A stretch of DNA of 64,000 bases. Source: a virus. The notes beneath the pieces are model-generated. The model was given only the letters and a program-made list of their open reading frames with translations. It did not search any database and was not told the DNA's origin. Each line of letters begins with the position of its first letter. Position 1 is the first letter of the stretch. Below are positions 20,354 to 28,325 of this stretch, piece by piece. The position numbers and the translations under genes were made by a program. The DNA is taken from positions 36,108-100,107 of the IMG/VR virus record IMGVR_UViG_3300025666_000003, one strand, 5' to 3'.

Positions 20354-23300
20354 CTAAAACATGAAAGGGAATACATTTGAACCCATAACATACCCACCAT
20401 CTTGTTGATATTGTGACATTGCATTGTCTACATCACTTCCAGCATAACCAGCTTGTTTAGCTAAAGCATCTCTGGCAGCTTTTTGTGCTACTGCAGCAGG
20501 TATACCTTGATCTAAATATTGCTGGAACCATTCATCATATGTCTTAGCTGTACGTTCACCTGTAAACTTTTTCTTCTCCCCTGTATAATCCATTTGACCA
20601 CCTACAGATGGGTCAACTGAATACTGCGGATACATTTGATTAAGTGCATCTGTTTTCCATCTATTGGTAATTGCTCCTGTATACAATCCTCTACCTTGAG
20701 CTCTTGATTGAGCCATTGAATTATCATATTGTTGATTAGCAATTGTATTTTGATCATACAATCTTTGATTTTTCTGAGCTTCTAACATACGCTCTTGATT
20801 TCTAACACCTACGTTAGCTTGTTCAAATTGATTTGCTATTCCAACATTTTGTGTATTGTGTCTTGAAATTGCTTCTGCAGTATTTCCTGCTAATTGACCT
20901 TGTATAGAACTTGCTCTTGCGGATGCTGCTTGTGGTCCTGTAAATTGAGATAAACCTTCCATCATTGAAGCAGCACCTGCTGTAGCTAGATTAGCATCAA
21001 ATCTTGGATCAGTAAATGTAGGATCCATTTCTTCAAGATCAACACCTGGTGCCCACGGCATGTACTTGTTGATTCTTGATCTGTCCATTATGTTACCTGC
21101 AATGTTTACTTCATCTTGCAACCACCATGGAGCGGGTCCTCTTGGGCCATCAGGTTCAATATCTACTTCTGTTTTCTTTCTTTCTTTTTCTTCTTTTAAA
21201 TCTTCTTCACCATATCCATAGTTACTTATACCAGCTAATTGACCTGCAGTTGTATTTCCATATATTGATTGTGATAAATCATCACTAAAATCATCAATAG
21301 GTGATACATTTGGAAACCTCTGACCTGTTTCATCTGAAGCACCCATTTGAACATTATTTGCAAAACTACGTAAAGCATACTGTTTATCTTGATCTGTATA
21401 AAGACCTTTATCAACATTATCAGTTAAAGTTGTATAACCATGGAAAGTAGCTTGTTGAAGTGCTCTTTCTTTTCCGCTAGCTTCAAGAGGAACTCCAATC
21501 AGCTTTGATGCATTCTGAATAGTAGTCCAACCTTTTTCTTTATACGTTTTGATTAGTTCTTTGCCTTCTTCTAAAGTTTTAACAATTTTTTTATTTACCA
21601 ATTCCTGAGCTGTTTTTAAACCTCTTCCACTATCTATAAATACTCTTGAGTTAATATCATTAGCACCAAGTTTAAGATTTCTTTCTTGATGTTTTAAGAA
21701 TGAAGCTATGATTTGATCATCTGTAGGTTTGGTATAACCTCTAGCACTCCATGTTTTACCATACTTTCCAGGTTTTCCATTTTTCCCTTTTCTTTTATAT
21801 GATTCTTTATTATCTAAAGCTGCCAAAGTTTGTTTAATAATTTCTGCTCTTACTATAGGATCTTTTACTGAAGCTACTAAAGCCTGATATTGTCCAGCTT
21901 CTACACGAGTAGCGTCTCCACCCCAAGAATCTATATCAGTACCTGAGTATTCAGGAAAAGTATTTTGTGTTTTTGTTATTTTTCTTCTCTTACCATCATT
22001 ACCAATAACTACTAACACTTTATTAGCTTTCTCAGCTTCATTAAATTTAAAATATTTAGCTCTTTTATACTCAGCTTCTGTTTTATAGTCTGATCTATTA
22101 ATAACTATTTCACCTTCCTTTTTTGCTCCACCCCCTTGATATTTATCAAGTTGACCACCACTTCTATAACTTGAATTACCATAATTCATTTCTGAATTTG
22201 GCATCATGTATCCTTCAGGCATCATATGATATCCTTCAGGTGTAGATTCTCCTCCAGTTTGAAATGTTGTTGAAACTCTAGGTTTTTTTCTTTGATGAAA
22301 TAAATCATATACTCTATCACCAAATGTTCTATTATATATATCTTCAGCTTCTTGATTTGAACCATATACATTTAAATCTGCATTTGGATTATAATGAAAA
22401 CTTTTATTTCCTTTTTGTACATATTCAGGACTGTTTGTAAATTCTTCAGAATTAGGATCTAATCCAATTTGATTATAAGAAGTATTATCTGCATCATTAA
22501 GATCATTAGTAGAAAACATAGTTTCTGGTAGTAAAGAAACACCTGTTTGAGCTTGAGGTATAAATCTTTGTAAACTACCTCCATTTCGTGCCATTGGCAT
22601 TTCTTCACAAGGAACACATTTATCTTGCATTATTGTTTGACCATTAGCTAAAGGCATAGGAACTTTTATCATACAAGGACATTTATCAATTGCATCCATA
22701 CTATTTTGTAAATACCCAGGAGTAGGTTTGCCCCAATCCATTCTATGCATCATTCTACGTTGAAAGTTTTTTTCATATTTAACTTTTTCTTCTGGAGTCA
22801 TTGATGGATTAGGTGTAGGTGAAATAATTTTTTCAAAATTTTGTCGGTTAAGATTGTATTCATTCTTTTTCTCCCACCAATCTTTTTCCTCTTGAGACCA
22901 TTTTGTTGGATCTGAAAGATTAGGATTATCTTTTAAATAATCTATTGTTTCTTGATCATTTTTAAACTCTTTTGGAAAAACTTCTCCATCCTTTTGATAT
23001 TTAGGAATAAATCTATTAAGAGGAGCTACTGATTCATAACCGTATCTAGCTAATGGCATTTCCTCCATTGGCTGCTGTTGTTGCTGTTGTTGATCCTGTT
23101 GAGCTAATTGTTGTTGTTCTTGCAACATCTCTTCTGGTAAAATATCTTGATCAGTAAGCCCCATCTTTTCCATGTAGGGTCTAGCAACTTGAGGAATACC
23201 TTGTTCAAAGTTTTTTAAAGATTCTTGTGCTAAAGCAAGTGCACCGAGTTTCATTTGAAACTCTTGTATCATTAATTCAGCAGTAGCAATATCTTTTTTA

Positions 23301-23776
23301 TCAGAATTAGGACTCTGTAAAATTTCTCTATATTTATTAATATCATATTGCTTAGCTAATTCTGCAGGAGTGTATCCTCTTTTAGATTTACCTTTTTTAT
23401 CAACTTTACCAAACATTGCTAAGACTTTTGGATCTTTAATCTTCATTTGATTAAAGTCACTAAAGATAAATGTATTAGCTGGAAGATTTAATGGTGTTCC
23501 TCCATTATTATGTCGTTTACCACCAATTACATAAGTTTCTGCAAAGTTATCTCCATTAATATCACCGTATGCAACTTCACCTTTTTCAGCTTCTAAATTA
23601 GCATTTTCCCTAGCTACTGGTTTTAAAGTACGGGAAGTTGATGTATTTTGCATTTTATTTTCATTAACATCTGCACCACCAAAGTTTCCAAATTGTTCTG
23701 GAACTGTGTTACTATAACCATTTGCAGCGCCTCCTGCTTTAGCTTGCGGTAATCTTTTTATTCTTACTCTACGCAT
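20354..23776 (-). CDS. Putative capsid cargo protein (1140 aa), modular, with repeated xxGG linker motifs
   Basis: N-terminal block ANLEAEKGE...GGKRHNNGGTPLNLP..FIFSD resembles crAss-like cargo proteins (from recall). Has a poly-Q stretch, a Q/N/A-rich helical C-terminus and about 9 linker motifs. Confidence 0.65.
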   Translation of the reverse strand: MRRVRIKRLPQAKAGGAANGYSNTVPEQFGNFGGADVNENKMQNTSTSRTLKPVARENANLEAEKGEVAYGDINGDNFAETYVIGGKRHNNGGTPLNLPANTFIFSDFNQMKIKDPKVLAMFGKVDKKGKSKRGYTPAELAKQYDINKYREILQSPNSDKKDIATAELMIQEFQMKLGALALAQESLKNFEQGIPQVARPYMEKMGLTDQDILPEEMLQEQQQLAQQDQQQQQQQPMEEMPLARYGYESVAPLNRFIPKYQKDGEVFPKEFKNDQETIDYLKDNPNLSDPTKWSQEEKDWWEKKNEYNLNRQNFEKIISPTPNPSMTPEEKVKYEKNFQRRMMHRMDWGKPTPGYLQNSMDAIDKCPCMIKVPMPLANGQTIMQDKCVPCEEMPMARNGGSLQRFIPQAQTGVSLLPETMFSTNDLNDADNTSYNQIGLDPNSEEFTNSPEYVQKGNKSFHYNPNADLNVYGSNQEAEDIYNRTFGDRVYDLFHQRKKPRVSTTFQTGGESTPEGYHMMPEGYMMPNSEMNYGNSSYRSGGQLDKYQGGGAKKEGEIVINRSDYKTEAEYKRAKYFKFNEAEKANKVLVVIGNDGKRRKITKTQNTFPEYSGTDIDSWGGDATRVEAGQYQALVASVKDPIVRAEIIKQTLAALDNKESYKRKGKNGKPGKYGKTWSARGYTKPTDDQIIASFLKHQERNLKLGANDINSRVFIDSGRGLKTAQELVNKKIVKTLEEGKELIKTYKEKGWTTIQNASKLIGVPLEASGKERALQQATFHGYTTLTDNVDKGLYTDQDKQYALRSFANNVQMGASDETGQRFPNVSPIDDFSDDLSQSIYGNTTAGQLAGISNYGYGEEDLKEEKERKKTEVDIEPDGPRGPAPWWLQDEVNIAGNIMDRSRINKYMPWAPGVDLEEMDPTFTDPRFDANLATAGAASMMEGLSQFTGPQAASARASSIQGQLAGNTAEAISRHNTQNVGIANQFEQANVGVRNQERMLEAQKNQRLYDQNTIANQQYDNSMAQSRAQGRGLYTGAITNRWKTDALNQMYPQYSVDPSVGGQMDYTGEKKKFTGERTAKTYDEWFQQYLDQGIPAAVAQKAARDALAKQAGYAGSDVDNAMSQYQQDGGYVMGSNVFPFMF

Positions 23777-23785
23777 AATACAAAT

Positions 23786-25954
23786 TTATATAAATTCTAG
23801 TTCTCCACCACTATTAATGAAGTCTTCTATATCTTCTTCACTCATATACATTTCATCACCTATCTGTCCACCTTTTTGTGATACACCTCTGAATCCTTGT
23901 TGATTTGGTCTAAAGTTACCTTGTTGACCCCAGTCACCTACTTTCTTTTTTCTTGTTACAGGGTTAAAAGCTTCAGCATTAGTTTGATCTTCCAACCATT
24001 TGTCTCTTGATTTTTCAGCTGGTTTTTCAAATATGTTACCTATAGTCCAGTTAGCTTTTGCATTAAAACCTTGAACCAATTTTTCACCATCAATATTATA
24101 CATATCTTTTTTTTCATAATCTACATCAGCTTTTCCTTGATTATCTCTATCATTTTGTGTAATTAATCCATCATTTTGATAGTTTCCATCTTCACCCATT
24201 GTAATTCCAGGTGTATAATTTTCATTTGTAAATGAATTAGTTATGTTTTTCATTAAAAATGGATTTTCAACTTGACTATTAAGACTGCCACCAACATCTT
24301 CGTTAATATCAAATGAAGGGTTTCCTTGAAAATCTCTACATACACCATCTGCGCCTTTAAAATAACCAGGCTTGCAAGTTTCTAGACCCATCTGTGCTCT
24401 ACTTAAGTTACCATTTTCTTGTCTTTGTTCAGGTCTACCTTGACGTACTTTATTCCACATATTTTGGAATACATTAGTACCACCTGTATCATTACCTTGG
24501 ATACCTTGCTGTGTTTTCCATTTCATTCTTTCAAATATATTACCTTCATCTGGAACTTTGTACCCTGCATCAATGGCATCACGTCTTTGTTCAACAGTCA
24601 TGTTTTCTGTATCACGTTTATTAATTCTACCTCTACTGTTAACAGGTGCATCTATCATAGGCATTTGTTGATTACCTAGTCGATTCATCATACCATCTGA
24701 TCCTCTATACATTGTAGGTGCTTCATAATTTTCTAATGCTGCACCAGGTACTATATTTGTTCCATATGTAGTTGTCCATTCTTGTGGTCTACCTCTTCTG
24801 CTTGCTTTAGTTACCTTAGTTTGTGTAGCATCATTGTAATTTATCCCTCCTGTATAAGGATTACCTTCCATATCTCTAGCATTACTGGCTTGTGCCCAAG
24901 AACCTTGGTATTCTACACCTCTGTTGAATGGTATTAAATCTCTCCAATTTCTTTTACCTTTCATTTTTTTATCAAATAAACCAGGATAAATGTTTTGTCC
25001 AGTTGATGTTTTACCAATTATACCACTATTAATTCTTCTTTGATTATTTATTTGCTGATCAATATACTTATCTCTTTCAGCTTGTATTCTTCTAGCTTCT
25101 GCATCATCTTTAACTTCACCTTCTGTTTGATATTTTTGTATACCACCTTTAGAAAATCTTGTAAGATCACCATCTACAAATCCACCATACTGGTTCATTT
25201 GTTGTTGTTCTTGGATCATTGCTTCATACTGCTCTTCAGCTTGCTTCTTTAAACTAGATTCATTTGAAGCTTCTTTAAGACCACTCATAAATTCTTCCTT
25301 AATTCTTTTTCTATCTCCTAGTGCACTATCTGTAATAGTTGCTTTAGTAACTTTAGGCTGTTCAGGTTGACCTACATCACCCATTTGTTTTTTAGCAAGT
25401 TTCATTACATTACTAACAAATTTCTTTTTACTTATTTGACCACCTTTTTTTGCTTCTACAAGTTCATCATCATACAAGTATGACTCATCAAGATCTTCAT
25501 TCATCATTTGATCATTCATCATTTGATTAGCTGATGGTTGTGATTGTATCATTTGTTCTTGCATTCCAGAATATTCAGGAGCTGTTTCTGCTGCAAGGTC
25601 ATCTTGTGGTTTTGGAATTCTTTTTTCATTAAATGAATCAACAACTGAACTTATCATTTTAGATAATTCTTCAGGATTTATTTGATCTTTAAGTTGTTTA
25701 AGTAAAGCTTCATAAATTATTTGTGGTTCTTCACCTTCTTCTAATGCTTGTGAAATAACACTAAGTAATTGTTGTTTTGGATCAACTTGTTGTTGTTGCA
25801 TAGGTTGCATAGGTTGTTGTTCCATAGGATATTGTGCTTCAGCCATATTACCGCCTTCCTGCACTCTATTCATAAACTGAGCTGTCCTATTTACATAAGC
25901 TCCTGCTCCTTCTGTAGCACCTCCTGCTTTATATACTCTTACACGTTTCTTCAT
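23786..25954 (-). CDS. Putative cargo protein (722 aa), Q/M-rich and modular
   Basis: Motifs YKAGG, VQEGG, AKKGG, NQYGG, FSKGG, SQKGG. C-terminal tag DEMYMSEEDIEDFINSGGELEFI. Confidence 0.55.
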   Translation of the reverse strand: MKKRVRVYKAGGATEGAGAYVNRTAQFMNRVQEGGNMAEAQYPMEQQPMQPMQQQQVDPKQQLLSVISQALEEGEEPQIIYEALLKQLKDQINPEELSKMISSVVDSFNEKRIPKPQDDLAAETAPEYSGMQEQMIQSQPSANQMMNDQMMNEDLDESYLYDDELVEAKKGGQISKKKFVSNVMKLAKKQMGDVGQPEQPKVTKATITDSALGDRKRIKEEFMSGLKEASNESSLKKQAEEQYEAMIQEQQQMNQYGGFVDGDLTRFSKGGIQKYQTEGEVKDDAEARRIQAERDKYIDQQINNQRRINSGIIGKTSTGQNIYPGLFDKKMKGKRNWRDLIPFNRGVEYQGSWAQASNARDMEGNPYTGGINYNDATQTKVTKASRRGRPQEWTTTYGTNIVPGAALENYEAPTMYRGSDGMMNRLGNQQMPMIDAPVNSRGRINKRDTENMTVEQRRDAIDAGYKVPDEGNIFERMKWKTQQGIQGNDTGGTNVFQNMWNKVRQGRPEQRQENGNLSRAQMGLETCKPGYFKGADGVCRDFQGNPSFDINEDVGGSLNSQVENPFLMKNITNSFTNENYTPGITMGEDGNYQNDGLITQNDRDNQGKADVDYEKKDMYNIDGEKLVQGFNAKANWTIGNIFEKPAEKSRDKWLEDQTNAEAFNPVTRKKKVGDWGQQGNFRPNQQGFRGVSQKGGQIGDEMYMSEEDIEDFINSGGELEFI

Positions 25955-25972
25955 TATAAACTTTATATATAT

Positions 25973-25987
25973 TAATATACTAAATTT
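25973..25987 (-). promoter_or_regulatory. Candidate phage promoter motif TTTAGTATATTA
   Basis: 18 nt upstream of the ATG at 25954. Shares 15 of 15 nt with the 43634 copy. Confidence 0.6.
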
Positions 25988-26013
25988 TGATGTATTGTTT
26001 AAACTTTATAAAT

Positions 26014-28323
26014 TTAAAATTCTTCTACTACATAACCACCGTCTCTATACTCTTGTATTTCTTCATCACTTAATTCCATTTCTATAAAGTTACCACCTTT
26101 AGAAAACTTATATGATTTTCCTTTGTCATCACTTTCTAATGCTGCACCAGTTGCTATTGCTCCTGGTATTATACCATATGTTTTATTTAAGACATCTGTA
26201 ACTGCTTTAATCCAATTTTTACTTCCTACAGGCATAGTAGGACTCATACTAGCAGATCCTGGTGAATTTAAAGAATAAGCATCTAAATAATTTAAAAGTT
26301 TATATATATCATCATATTTTCCACGTTGTAGTTGTCTCCCGCCTTTTACACCTCCCCTGTAATCACCTTTTAAAACCTTATGTTTATAGATACCTCCTTC
26401 TTCTGAGGGAGCTGACCATTCCCCAAACATGTTTGACTTTGCAAATTCTGTTTCTCCTTCGTTTAATCCTTTCCCCAGCTTTTCAACCATTTCCTCTGTA
26501 ATCTCATCTCCCATTTTTAAACCAGCATTTTCTTCTAACCAGCCGATAGCTTTTCTAAATCTAACTTGTTGTTCTGGAGCAATTGATTGATACTCTGCAC
26601 CACCAGGTATACTTACATTTTTATCTTCAGTAAGCTTTAAAGCAGGATAATTATCATATAAAGGTTGACCATGAAGTTTCCCATCTATAGAAATATAAGG
26701 ACCTTTTGAATCACTGAATAAATGATTAACTTCATGGTCTATAACACCTAAAACATCTTCTTTACTTTTATTTTTTAAGTTTCTAGTATTAATCGCTATT
26801 TTACCATTTCCTTCATATACACCACCCGCTTTATCTCCTAAGTCTTTTAAAGTAATAGAACCTTCATTAAATTCTTTTGTAAATTTTTCTATAGACTCTG
26901 TTACTTCCTCTCTACTTCTACCTGTAGCTTTCATATTATTAGTAATAAACTTATCAGTCGTAAGTCTACTTTTTATTTTTTGAACTATATCAGCAACATC
27001 TTTATTTGTTACTCCTAATTTAGACAAATCTGCAAGATCATTTGATTTTCCTAAAAATTTATTTATATTTGGATCTACTTGATTCATTCTTTTGTATACT
27101 GATACAATTTCATCTACAGGTGTTCCTTGTGCAATTGAATTAATAATTTCAGCTTTAGGTACGGATAAAGATATTTCGTTTAATTTAGGATTTAGTTTAT
27201 CTAAAGTACTAAATACTGATTCTAATGTAATAAGTGGAACTTCGTTTTTTAATGCAATCTCTGCAAAATCTTTTAATTGTTCATTTGTTACACCTGTTGG
27301 TAATTTGTAATCTTGGAAATTACCCATTTTTGGTACAGAATTATTTGTAACATAATATTTTTTATCAATTGATGCAGTGTTTTTTATTACATCATCAATT
27401 AATTTCTTAGCTAAAATTTCTTGATGCGTACCTACTTTTTTATTTATTAAAGCTTCTGCTTTTTTAAGTTCAGGAATCTTATTAAAAATTTCAGGACTGC
27501 GCCCTTTTAACTTGTCTAAAGTTTGTTTAAGTATAGTTTGATCATAAAAACTAATATCATCAGCAAGAGCTTTTGGAGCTTTTGGAACTTTTATATTTTT
27601 AGCTGATGCTGGAAGTGCTTTATGAGCTTTTCTTATTGCACGCCATTCTTTAGTTCCTGGTATAAATGCAAGTAAACCTAAGGCAGCTTCTACGTAATTT
27701 TCATTATCTATTGCCATATCTATGTCACTTGCCCATTTAAGTGGATTACCCATTTGATTAACAAAGTCAAGTGGGTTGGATCCTTGTCCTTTTCCTTCAT
27801 CACCATAGCCAAATTTTTCTCGGAAACTTGATGCAGTTGGATCAATTCCTGCATATAACATTTGATTATAGTTTCTTGGCATATTATCTAAGCCTCCACC
27901 TACAAATGAATATTTAGCTGCTGCAAAAGGATTACTAACAATATCTGAAAATCTGTCAATACCTCTATCCCAAGAACTAGGCTTGTCCCATTCTTCTACA
28001 GTGCCATGATTTTCTTTAGCAGTAGCATGCATATCGTATATGTCAACTAATTCACTAAGACTTTTAATATTATCTTTTACCATGTCTCCACTACCTGCTT
28101 CTCCTGTTTTAATTAACTCACGAGCAATTGCAGCTTTTTGTTGAAATATATTTATTGATTCATCAGTTAAATCTCCTCCATTTTTTGGTGGGTAATAGTT
28201 ATAAGGTTGTGTTGATTCAGAAACTGCTGGAGCATATGCAGGATTATCTAAAATTGGGTCATAAGTTGCCCCTGTTCTACCTTTTTGTGCTTTTGGTAAA
28301 GCTTTTATTTTATATCGTGCCAT
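26014..28323 (-). CDS. Putative cargo protein (769 aa) with an HExxH zincin-like metallopeptidase domain
   Basis: GVIDHEVNHLF (HEVNH at 26722-26736), preceded by AGGVY..GKIAIN. Leader MARYKIKALPKAQKG. C-terminal tag EMELSDEEIQEYRDGGYVVEEF. Confidence 0.6.
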   Translation of the reverse strand: MARYKIKALPKAQKGRTGATYDPILDNPAYAPAVSESTQPYNYYPPKNGGDLTDESINIFQQKAAIARELIKTGEAGSGDMVKDNIKSLSELVDIYDMHATAKENHGTVEEWDKPSSWDRGIDRFSDIVSNPFAAAKYSFVGGGLDNMPRNYNQMLYAGIDPTASSFREKFGYGDEGKGQGSNPLDFVNQMGNPLKWASDIDMAIDNENYVEAALGLLAFIPGTKEWRAIRKAHKALPASAKNIKVPKAPKALADDISFYDQTILKQTLDKLKGRSPEIFNKIPELKKAEALINKKVGTHQEILAKKLIDDVIKNTASIDKKYYVTNNSVPKMGNFQDYKLPTGVTNEQLKDFAEIALKNEVPLITLESVFSTLDKLNPKLNEISLSVPKAEIINSIAQGTPVDEIVSVYKRMNQVDPNINKFLGKSNDLADLSKLGVTNKDVADIVQKIKSRLTTDKFITNNMKATGRSREEVTESIEKFTKEFNEGSITLKDLGDKAGGVYEGNGKIAINTRNLKNKSKEDVLGVIDHEVNHLFSDSKGPYISIDGKLHGQPLYDNYPALKLTEDKNVSIPGGAEYQSIAPEQQVRFRKAIGWLEENAGLKMGDEITEEMVEKLGKGLNEGETEFAKSNMFGEWSAPSEEGGIYKHKVLKGDYRGGVKGGRQLQRGKYDDIYKLLNYLDAYSLNSPGSASMSPTMPVGSKNWIKAVTDVLNKTYGIIPGAIATGAALESDDKGKSYKFSKGGNFIEMELSDEEIQEYRDGGYVVEEF

Positions 28324-28325
28324 AA

